DNA of 64,000 nucleotides, from contig LSRY02000003.1 of assembly GCA_001643675.2 (NCBI GenBank), positions 310,001 to 374,000 on the forward strand. The letters run 5' to 3'. This stretch comes from Monocercomonoides exilis PA203. Taxonomy: Eukaryota; Protista; Preaxostyla. This document shows, one piece after another, positions 13,140-24,040 of the stretch. The notes under the pieces were generated by a model. It was given only the letters and a program-made list of their open reading frames with translations. It was not told the origin of the DNA and searched no databases. The position numbers were made by a program, and so were the translations under genes. The stretch's first letter is position 1. The number at the start of each line of letters is the position of its first letter.

Positions 13140-14537
13140 GGGTGATTATTTTTGAAATCATATTATTTTTCGGTCTCTTAAATGTCGCACCTAAAACCTT
13201 ACAAAAAATAACTTTATGTGACAATAATTAATCAAAAAATTACTATTGTTTTGAAAAACTGTATTTTCATTAAAAAAGTTTAACAATAATCAACTTGATA
13301 TTTTTTTGAAACCCATAAGTTTTGGAAACATTTGCGAAAACACTTTTTTATTTCAAACAAATTTATTATATCAGTTATAATATGTGACAAATGTTAACTT
13401 GTATGAACTTGTTTATTTATGATTATTTTAAGTGTTATTTATTTTACAAATATCAGGCTTTGAGAATAATTCATTTATTTCATGTTAAAAATGATTCATC
13501 ACTATTTTTTTCAATTAATTCATCTCTTATTAGATATTAAAGAGTTTGAAAAAGATATTTATTTCTTGTATTTTTTTGTAGGCAGAGTTCTGTCCATGAA
13601 TATCGATACAGATCACTTTAGAAATATTTGTTTTTTATCAATTCACAGAGGATGAAATATTTCGAAAAGAATCTATGCAGAAATCAGTTTCGGTTAGTTG
13701 AATTTCTCTGAAGAGTTTGAATTTCAGATAATGCACTTATCTATGCTTTCTTTTCATTTCTTCTTTTGAAAAATGTTCGATAATTTCAAACAAGATTTTC
13801 TTGACTTATAAAATATCTGTTGTCCTATTTCAATTATTTTGTATCAAATTCTGATTAACTCCGCAATTCAGTCAGTATCTTTGTATATCGTCTTGGAGCA
13901 TCATCACTCTTGTACGTTTGTTTGAAACTAACAAAAGAAAAAACGGATTTTCAGTTATGTGGATTACTGACTTTAAACATGTGATAGCCATTTATTATCT
14001 TTGCATTATTTTCGAGATTTTCTTCATTGAAGCTCATCACATGTGATAAACAAATTTGGATCTCAGACTGATCATACATTTTTCAAGCCACTGCATTCAT
14101 TGTAATCTCTTTTAACTTTTTCATTTTCTTAACATATAAATGCATTTGTCAATTATCTCCTGATAATATTTCTTTGAGTAACTTTTCATTTAAAGCATTT
14201 TTTTAACTTCAAAAAAGTTAACTCTTAAATATTGTAATATTCTTTATACTGAAAACAAAAAAACATTCAAAAAAACGCACATTTATAAATTAAAAATATG
14301 TGGAAATAGGAATGGAAGAATATAAGAAATACATTGACAAATTGTTTGAATCCAAAAAAATTCTAATTAAAGATATAATAAACGAAATTGTGTTTTTCCA
14401 AATTTACAAGATTATTAAAATACAAAAATTTTCATGACTTTATATCATTAAAAAAACAATAATAAAACAAAAAGATGTGTCAACACAATTCAAAAAAAAG
14501 ACTTGAATAAAATAGTGAGTAATATTGAATAATTTAT

Positions 14538-14750
14538 TTATGTTCCATAAGAAAGCCCATTCTGGGAGGCTGATTCTGGACTCAAAGCCTTCAAGTGGCC
14601 GTATTGGACCGGTCACAATACAGCCACAGGATGGAATCAGCCTGGCCTCAAATCTTTAACTATTCAAGAAAAAATTTGAGGTACCTTGAAAGTTTAGCCT
14701 TTCGGTTGACATTCAAGGCTTGAGCAGCAGGCTTTTCAAACGGAACATAA
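14538..14750 (-). other. Multi-branched structured element (putative structured RNA, or small TA-flanked insertion) downstream of the transposase
   Basis: Nested complementary stems: 14538-46/14742-50, 14551-57/14730-37, 14567-76/14634-43, 14595-606/14616-27, 14646-53/14674-81 and 14684-90/14712-18. Forms a GC-richer island within AT-rich DNA. Confidence 0.6.
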
Positions 14751-14973
14751 GTCAAAAGTTCAATATTAAAAACAAAACAATTTCAACTCAAAAGGCAGCT
14801 TCAATATTATTTAAATCATCACTCTCAAAATAATAACTAAACATTTTTTCCCTATCTTTAAGAATCTTTAAAGTGTATTCGACCAGTGATAATGAGCGAC
14901 TTTCTCCAGTCGGCCTGTTGAATTTTTTCCTTGTTTTATCATCTCCACTTCTCTCTTCTTTAAAAGTAATTTT

Positions 14974-17900
14974 CTAAGTTCCTCTCAAATTCTTAGGTGT
15001 GACTATCGATCGATAAATTTCGTTTCCTCTTTTTTCGTAGAAGAGATATTTCTTCGATGACATAACATTTAATTTTCTCCACAGTATTTTGTTGGATGGA
15101 TTGTATCTAATTAATCATAAAAAAAACACACAAAACTGATTTTAAAGATTTAAACTGCTTCAATAACAATCACACTTTAAGAAATATCGAAAAGTTTCGT
15201 TCCTATTTTGGCTTAAGTTTTGATTATTCGCACTTGACAATAATGAATTTGTTTGGAAAAATTCAACTAAATCATCAATTTTGTAAATCACTGTTTGATC
15301 ATCTAAATAATTGTTCATTAACCTCGATAAATATCCAAATTCAGCGTCGCACTCACACTTTCCATGTTTTTCTCCAAAGAAAGAAAGAGTAGAACGTTTG
15401 TTTTTCATTTGAGGAGAAGATTCAGATAAAATAAAATGTAAAACGTTTGAATTTCTGAAATGTGTCCCTGTGTCACACATAAAGTGATAATTCGTTATTT
15501 CTTTGAGAATGGGGTTTATCAGGACACTCTGCAAACACTCAATCGTAAACCTGTAATCATGAGATAAATTATTTGAGAAATAATTGAAAATATGTTTTTC
15601 AATTTTCTTTTTTGATCCACGTTTGAAAACGATTATACAAAGATGTGATATTTCCTCCTTTTCATAGAAATCACGACTCACTGAATTCCGTCTTATTGGA
15701 GCTATCCAGTTTTCTTTGAAATCGAATAATATGAGCGCTTCTCCATTAGTCAGATTCTGCTTCATGAATCGAAAATGTGTTTGCTGATGATGAGCAATTA
15801 TCTTGTGGTTATGAATCAACTCCATCATTTCAACATCTCTTTTATCCAAAGATTTTCCAAGTGATTTCAAAGTTTCCTTTTTTTGACCAGTGATTCATAT
15901 TTTTCACACAGATCGCATAAATCAGTTCTTCTTTTTGCTCGTTTAAGATGTGCTGTTCGTTTAAAAAATGTACTAGCAGACATTTTTATGTTCAGTACTT
16001 TGAATTTTTTATATAATTTTATCTTAGGGATGTTGATGAGCCTTGTTTGAGGTCTAGTGTTGACTGTATCATTTCTATTACACGATGTGAAAAAAGAGAA
16101 TTGGTTAAATTGTTGTTCTTCAGAATAGACATGAGAAAATGAATGTGAATGACTTGAATGAAATGAAATGTTATTGTTGTAAAATCTTTCAGAAGATGAT
16201 GAATTTTCTGCCTCTTCTCCTTGATTATTTTCCGATATGTGAAGCTGAATTGGATGTTGACACTGAAGTGAGCTTCGAGGAATAAGTGATGATTGTGAAG
16301 GACCAGATAATGTTGAATCATTTGTGATATCAGATGGAAAGTGTTTTTGTTTGTTGTTTGCAGATGGGGAAGGAATACCAGTATTTGTATTGTGACAGAT
16401 ATTAATTTGCTCAAATGGGGATCCACTGTTTTGATGTGAGTTTGAAGTGTTAGAATAATGTGAAGTGTTTGTATCTTCGAAGTGAATATCTGAAGCATTA
16501 AAATGTTCAGTGGATTTTTCTTTTGCTGTTTTTGAAAAAAACAAATTTGGAGATTCTGGATTATTCACTGCATAATTTTCTCTAAGACAAATTTGCATGA
16601 AAATGGATAGGAGTGGTCTTGATCCATTTGAAATATGTTTGTTTATTTCTTCATTTATAGGTTTTGAAATTGATGAAATATTTCCATCATTGCACAAAAT
16701 CCATTTTTCTGAATGCCTTGAAAGAGAATCGAATAATGAATCATCAATTCTTCTCAAGCAAAAAAAATGACCATTATCATTGTCACCGTTGTAGAATAGT
16801 TGTCCAATCAGAGTGTAATTGTGAGCGTTTAAATAATGAATGTCACTCAAAACTTGTTTCCCTTGAATGCTTGAGAAACTGATATTCTGAGGCACGCGCG
16901 TGTTTGAATACTGAATGCCACTGGGGATTTCCAATGAAATAAATAAAAATTTTGGAAAGTTCTCAATGTTCAAAAAAGAATCATGACATGTGTTTTGACC
17001 ACAAAGTTCACAGTATGCTTTATTGTTATTTGAATTATCCGAATTCATAATGGATGCATCATTGAAAGCATCAACAATATTGTGACCTTGCAATCTTATT
17101 AATGATGAAATTTCTTTTGGACCTTCAGATCGAATGTTGCATTTTGAACAAATTTTTGGAAAGCTGAATGTTGATTTTATATTATTATTCAATTTTGGTG
17201 TTGTGCTGCATATATCTTGGCAAAAATCAAAAAACGAAATGTAAAATTCTTGTTGATCATCATGTCTCAAATTATGATTCTTCTCCCATTTTTTCGCAAA
17301 TAATTTGTTCCATGATTTTTTGAAATTTGAATTAGATAGATTCAACTTATTGAAGCTATTATTGACAAGAGAGTTTAACTGTGTATGAAATTTATCGATT
17401 TTCCCCTTCCGAATATTAAACACTCCTCCATATTTGAAGACAGATCGAAATACTTGAATCAGTGAAGCTAAACAGTATGCATTACCTAAGTTGGGAAGTG
17501 CAAGACTTATTAACAAAGATTTGTCTTCTAATGTATTTGAAAGTTCAACATGAGATGATATTTCTACATCCGAAGTATTCCTTATATCAGAGTTGTTTCC
17601 AGATAAAACTTGAACTGAATTATTGTCATTGCTCTCGTCATTAATCATTGAATTATTTGTCTGCCTCATTGTCAAGGATTCATTTGGATTATCAAATGAA
17701 AACCAATCGTCATCAAAATAAGCTTGAGACCGTGTTAAAACTGAATATGTTGAATTGTCATGAAAATCCTCTGTTGAACTTTCGATATCCATCTGATTGC
17801 TTTCAGAAGTTTGAATACTCGGATTAAAAACAGAACGAACGTAAATTTCACGCGGAGTGATATGATTTTGAGAAAAATAATTTTTAAGGGGATCGATATC

Positions 17901-18653
17901 AGGTTCCATGTTCGAATCCGAGTTTAAAATTGCTAAATCATCATCAATAATTTGTGAGGAATCTGAACAATTACGAATAAAAAAAAGAAAAAAATGAGAA
18001 AAATGTGAAAAGAAAACAATAAAAAAAAAATAAAACTTTTTTTGGAAAGAGATATTCGGCATATTGACTCGGAAGATTCTGTAGAATTGTCAATCAAAAA
18101 CTGTTCAAATTTTTGTTGATCTTGGGGACTCAGTTCAAAGAAATAGTTAATAGAAATTTCAAAAAACAGTTATTTAAAAACAAACTAGATTTCGAAAGTG
18201 GTGTAGATGGTTTATCCGGAATGGAAATATCAAAGGACTCTGTTGATCCGGTTTGTTTAGCATGCGTATAATTTCCTAGCGTGCACTCAAAACCAAGCTC
18301 GCGGAGTTGGAAAAAACTGTATTCGAAGCACACACACTTTAGTATTGCAACTTTCGTGTGCAAGTTTTTTTCTTTATTGTACAGACTGGCCAGACGAAGA
18401 GTGACAAATTTATTTGTATCTGAGAAGAAAAATATAAAATAAACAACAAAGAATTAATTATCAAAGAATTCATCTTTAACATACCATCAAAAATTCTTTG
18501 AATCTTTGATAAATTTTTTTTTCCAAAATTTGTGTGCAAAAACATATGATTCATCAACTCCACAACTTGGTTCGATGATTTTTTATTCAAAAAAGTCCAT
18601 ACATATGAGCATATTTCACTTTTTCGAGAATACGAAAGTTCCGAAAACATCAT
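14974..18653 (-). CDS. Multi-exon Sola2-like transposase with an inserted USP (peptidase C19)-like domain; one -1 frameshift near 15880
   Basis: Catalytic-core motifs 'LFDFKENW', 'HFMCDTGTHFRN' and 'FFGEKHGKCECDAEFG'. Upstream motif 'KLYKKFK..MSASTFFK..RTDLCDLCE'. USP motifs 'LPNLGNAYCLASLIQ', 'HDDQQEF', CxxC pairs (CSKC, CELC), 'YNGDNDNGHFFC' and 'WILCND'. Predicted GT-AG introns at approx. 18421-18483, 18130-18189, 17964-18036 and 15107-15175. Confidence 0.82.
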
Positions 18654-19299
18654 TGAGAATTTGGTTATTCGGAAAAAAATTCGTCAATTTTCAAGAAAGA
18701 AAAAATGAAAATTATGGTTCAACTTCCATTATTTTCATTTGAAGTAATCAATATGTGTGATAAATTATATTTTGATGAAATTTAACTGATTTAAATATGA
18801 TAGATTTTGTATTTATTGGATAACTATTTTATTGTTTTCATTTTCTTTGCAGAGCCATCTCAGTTAAGAAATTAGTTGCTGAAAACTGTTACAAGACAGT
18901 TCTTTTTAAAACTGCAGATAATTGAAGGAAAAGAAGATATTGCTGTTATCTTTTACGAAAGCGGCTGCAAAAAGCTGACATCTTCATTTGCATTAATTAT
19001 TACCTATTTTCTGTCAGTTTGAATCATCTTTTTGCCAACTCATAATTCATTTTGATTTTTGGTGAAACTTTTTCAAAATTTTATTTATTCCTTCCATCAG
19101 CATATTGAACATCATTTATTATTATTCTTTTGAAAAACTTAATAAAGACACTTCAAAATTAAAAAAAACAATTATCTTGTTTCTTCTTATTTATAATTAT
19201 TTTATCTTGTTTTTTTGAAATGATAGTAAAATCATTCTGAATATCTTCAACGATAATTTTGTTTTGTTTGCAACAAAAAGTGAATGAAAAGGTTTTGAA

Positions 19300-22200
19300 A
19301 GAACAAAACATCAAATGCGAAAAAGAAAACAACGCACTTATTTTTTTCACGCAGAACACTTGGCTAATCGTAAATGTCATATAACGTACAGCTATCGACA
19401 GCACACTTTCCTGCGGAACGACAGCCCCAATCGAAACAAACTCGTCAATACACTCCACCTTCTTTCATGTTCCAAAATACCTCAATTCCACATCCGGATC
19501 GTAAAATCCATTTTATCTTTTATTCCCGTCCCCTTCTCTCCCTTCGATTCTCTGTTCAAACCCAACCGGCTCAATCAAAAGCTCAACTCCCATTCTCAGT
19601 CCCAATTTCCCTCTCCTCATCCTCCTCAGCTCCATCGCCTTCTCCACACTGTTTTCTTTTACTGCAATCTCCTCGTTCGTTAAATCCAGCTCATCCATTC
19701 TTTTCCTCAAGACTTATTTAAGTATGCTACATACGTGTGAAATGCGAAGATGCTCTTCTGGAACAGAACAGATAAGGAGAGCAGCGCGCTCAGATTCTGC
19801 ATATATAAAGTGATGTTGTCTGATTGATAAGACAAAAAATTCGCACTAACTTATCGTTTGTTCTTCTGAAGCAAGTTCCTCCATATGAGCTTCTCCTTTT
19901 CCTTCCACAACTTCGCTTTTTAAGCATTTTGCTAAGAAATATGTTGAGATAAAATAATGCATTCTCGATGAGAAATATAGGTGATTCTTTTTGAAAAGTC
20001 ACAAATGTTTAATTTTCAAATATATCAAAAATTTCATATTTTGCTCAAATTTCTGTTTCAGCTCACAAATCTCCTCAAGAATGTTTGAAATAGCATTTTC
20101 AAGGAATAGATTCTATTAAAGTTAGGTTTGATATTTGTTAACAAAATATTTTGCAAAATATGAAATTTTCAATATATTTGAAAATTAAACATTTGTGACT
20201 TTTCAAAAAGAATCACACATATGTATTTGTTTGATTCAAAAAACAATTTGAAATTTATCAAAAGCTTATAGAAAAAGAAGATAAAATTGGAAGAATTTGG
20301 AAAATAAGATGACTTATTCGAATATAACAACTCATTTGAAAACAATGGTGGGAATGTCAAAGGATCTATATTCACACTTTGCATACTCAAAGAACATCTG
20401 TATGTTGTTGATTGTCATCTCTTTTTCACTTAAAACTTGTCTTAACAGTGCGAAATAAGCACGTGATGATGGAAAGGTGAAGTCTCCTTCTCCCTTCCAA
20501 TACCATGTTATTGTATCATGAAACAGCTTCATACTCTTCCCGTACTACAGCTGCAACCAAAGCAAATCGCACCTTCAACCTCGTCCGTCCGCAGCTGTAG
20601 CTCCACCACATCCTTCAGAATCATCACCGACGGAAACAGCGCCTGTCTCCTTTCTTCCCAACCTCCAATTGCACAGCCTCCATTCTAAGCTTCAACCGAA
20701 ACCACACCCACGCTGAGTTAAGGTCGTCCAGCTTCTGCATACAGTCTTTGCAAACTCACTGTTTTTGGATGAGTTCAGAGGCACTCACTGGTCAACCACG
20801 TTGTATTCATTTGGCTGGTTCAAGTGCATCACGAAGTTTCTATGTTACAAAGCCTCAAGGAAAAACACTGAAGATAGCGTTCAACATCAAGATATGCAAT
20901 TTGCATCCCAGAAGATCCGCTGCCACTGCACAAGAAGCGCTTGGTTACTGCAAGCATGAAAGACTCAACTTTTTCAAACGAGATGCCTGCTCAAGCCACA
21001 ACAGATAACAATTGCAACACTGATGAAGATGAAAACTGTGTATCGCAAGCAAATATGATATCATCCAGCACCTTCCTCACATCTTTATACGTCAATGCTT
21101 CTGCTTGGTTATGATTCGCAGAAACAACAGAAACGCAAACGCATCAGTCACACACTTCTTTAAGTACAGCCCTCAAACTCACCGAAAAGCATATTGATCT
21201 TCTTCAACACTGATCATTCAAGAAACATGATGCAGAATGAGAAGAACAATAGCTCATCTCCAATAACCTCCTCAAGCGCAGACTTTTCTTATAGCTTAAC
21301 ATCCACAAAGTTCTGCCATAGCCTGCAGTTCGTTAATAATTCCTTGTCACTCAGTTTAAATCTTCATCTGTTCAGAGAGCTTCTCCCCTGTTCACAGAAA
21401 CATAAAAGCTCCAAATACATTTCTCAGAACGTTAACACCAGCCAACCTAGCACTGTCCTAGTCCAGGATCACTCTCATCTTGTCTGAGTATGTCCATCGG
21501 TTCGTAGGGATCGTATGCACAAGCAATGTCTATATCTCTGCCTTCAGCAACATCGCAGCCGCTTCATCTGCACAGACGACAACTGTTTATGCAGCTCCAA
21601 AGCACACGCCTTATTTGACCCTCTCGTAACTTTTTTCTCCTTCCCCTCCAACGAAACTTCACAATCTTCTCTTTCCGCGCTATCCTGCTTCATTCTGCAC
21701 TTCTCCATCTCGATCAACATACCAAAGTGCTTCTCCTTCTTCTTCTTCACCGCCAGATGCTCCTGCACCTTCATCACTTTTGCGCTTCCTTCTCATTCAG
21801 CTTTGGAATTGTCTTTTGATCCATCGGGATGATCGTGTGCTTCTTCTGAAACTATTTCATCAGCTATCTTTTCGTCTCAAATCATTCGCAACAACATCAA
21901 GGACAACGAATACCTCTTTATCTCTTGATTAGCATCCTCGTATTTTTCTTTTTTATTTTCCTCCTCCTTATTCTTCGGTTGCTGTTGTTGCTTCTGCTTC
22001 ATCTTCTTCCTCCTACCATGTCACCAGCTCATTCATTTTGCACAACAGAACTGATTATCCATCCTCAGCCAAACAGCCTCTATTCGCTTTTTCACAATCT
22101 CCCACACTTCTCTCACTGCAACCACTCATCCTTTAATTCGTTGTCCTGCTTCATCATGTGAAACCAAGACTGCCTCGATCGAAAAACAAACAGCATTGCT
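19300..22200 (-). pseudogene. Degenerate coding cargo or relics inside the transposon
   Basis: GC-richer tract with broken minus-strand ORFs (19513-19710, 20332-20532, 21544-21777). Similar in style to the relics at 7445-10340. Confidence 0.4.
19979..20218. mobile_element. MITE related to family B, nested in the Sola2-like element
   Basis: Perfect ~45-bp inverted repeat GTGATTCTTTTTGAAAAGTCACAAATGTTTAATTTTCAAATATAT (from 19981) and its complement ending 20216. Internal 'atttctgtttc' and 'atatgaaatttt' blocks resemble family B. Confidence 0.85.
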
Positions 22201-23166
22201 GCGGACAAGCGAAGAGATGCATCAACCAGATCGAAAATCGAAGGGAAATCATTCACATTTACTATTGAAAAGAATCCTATTGATTATTCAATTTTGCGGA
22301 TAACTCCGTTATAATCGAAAAAACTACTATTCCATCTGAATGTATTGAAAAACTCCCAAAATATTATTTCATTCGTTTGCATGCACCCCAGTGCAATAGA
22401 TCACTTTCCTTAAGAATAGAACCAATTTATTACTGTCGCTCTCAATTAAATGGCTTGTTTCATTTGAAATAGATTTTATCAAATACAAACATCATAATTA
22501 TCAGGTTCCACACAACATCATAATTTTAATCTTCGCCAAATCAATAACGCAGCTTTGATCAAAGAATTTGAATTGTCGTCAAAACATAGAAATAAAAATA
22601 ATCGATAAATTCCAATTTTTACAATTAAACTATTAGGCTTTTATATATGTTGATTATCAATTGCTTTTTTTTGTTTAATTACGAATGTGTTCTTTTCAAA
22701 TTATTATTTAGTTTTTTTGGATTCAGTGAAAGCGTCAAATGAAGAAAAATTGAAAAAAATGAAGAATGAAATGAGTAGTTTTTTGCTGATCTTTGCGTAT
22801 GCTATCTTTTGATTTAAAGCATATTTTCTACAGAATTGTTTTCATTTTGTATTCGCTTCCTTCTGAAAGCAACATCGTTCAAGGAGGAAAACGAAAAAGT
22901 TCAAAAGGAAAAGGAAATGACTTTGTTAACTTTGAGTTACAAATGCAACTGTGTATGTAATCAACAACTCCATTATTGATATTTTTGAATTTCATTATCA
23001 TTTTTTATTAGTTATTTGAAAAAGAAATTTGCCTTAATGAAATCAAAGAGATTATCCAGAATCAACATGAACATCAGAATCTGACATGACTTGCCTTTCA
23101 GTCTATTTGGATGTTTTTATCAATAGGATTTTTCAGTTATAAAGGTTTGGAAGAAAGGATTACGAA

Positions 23167-24040
23167 TTAACTACAATTCTCAAGAGAAGTCAAGAGAGAA
23201 TTGGAAGAGAAAAGAAGAGCTGAAGGAGGAAGTGGAATGATGAAGGTGATGTGCAGATGTTTCGATGAAATATTGTTGGATGTGTTAGTGTGGTCTGTGG
23301 ATGCTGTGTCTTCGATTGCAAAGATGACGGAGCAAGAATGAAAAGTGTTGGTAGAAAAGGATGTTGACGAGGAGGAAGGGGCACAATAAAAGACAGCGCT
23401 TGCGTTTTCGGAATCGCTGAGGAATTGCTTCGGTCTGGAAGCAGAGGCGCAAGACTTGGCATCCGCCAATTCTTCTGCGCCGTCATCGGATGTGCAGAGC
23501 AGAATACAAGGGAAGTGGCAGGGGCTGTTTGGGGCGGGGGTGCTGTGTGGAGGAGAAGAGGGAAGGGCTGGGGAAGGGAGGGGAGAAGAGGGAGGGGAGG
23601 TATCGGCTTGTGGATGTAAAGGTGGTGAGAAAGAGGAAGAAGAAGGAGGGAGGAGGGAAGGAGGGAGGAGGAGGGGTTGTGCCAGTGGTTGTGGCTGAGT
23701 GCGAGCATGTGTGTGGATGGGAGGGTTGGCGGAGGGTGCAACGGTGTATGTATTCGGAGGAGTGCGGGACATAGCAGCAGCTTTCGGGCAGCAGGGGGTG
23801 CTTTTGGGAGGCTGCGGAAAGGAGGGAGGAAGGAGCATGGCACATGGGAGGGATGGAGGTGCGGAGAAGGGAAGGAGGCGGAGGTGAATGCAGCGGTGCT
23901 AGGGCGTGTGCGGGTGCTGCAGAGCCAGCTGGAGCAGAAGGGCATGAAGTTTTCTTGTACTGGTGCCTTCCACTTCGGATAGTCAGACTGAGGATAAATG
24001 AACGTGTCATTGTTCATGCACAAGAAAAGGGAAATGCTTA
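23167..24040. repeat. GC-rich, strongly purine-skewed low-complexity segment (probable dispersed repeat or gene fragment)
   Basis: Abrupt composition shift with G/A-rich runs. Many overlapping Pro/Ser- or Gly-rich ORFs, none with a recognisable domain. Confidence 0.4.

Noticed and set aside
12973-13231. Overlapping opposite-strand 80-83 aa ORFs
   Set aside because: They span a palindrome arm and a transposon terminus, so they are chance ORFs.
14538-14750. RNase P/MRP, SRP, tRNA or hammerhead identity for the structured element
   Set aside because: A weak CR-V-like 'CAGAATGGGCTT' exists on the minus strand, but P2/P3 are absent. There is no SRP helix-8 motif, no CUGAnGA core and no tRNA T-loop.
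14780-15106. In-frame TAG/TAA in the last transposase exon as evidence of a TAR=Gln code
   Set aside because: Host genes here end in TAA, and the 9-16 kb ORFs and main transposase exons contain no in-frame TAR. The standard code fits.
23167-24023. Pro/Ser-rich 223-277 aa ORFs as real genes
   Set aside because: Multiple frames are open because of compositional bias, and there is no domain or splice support.
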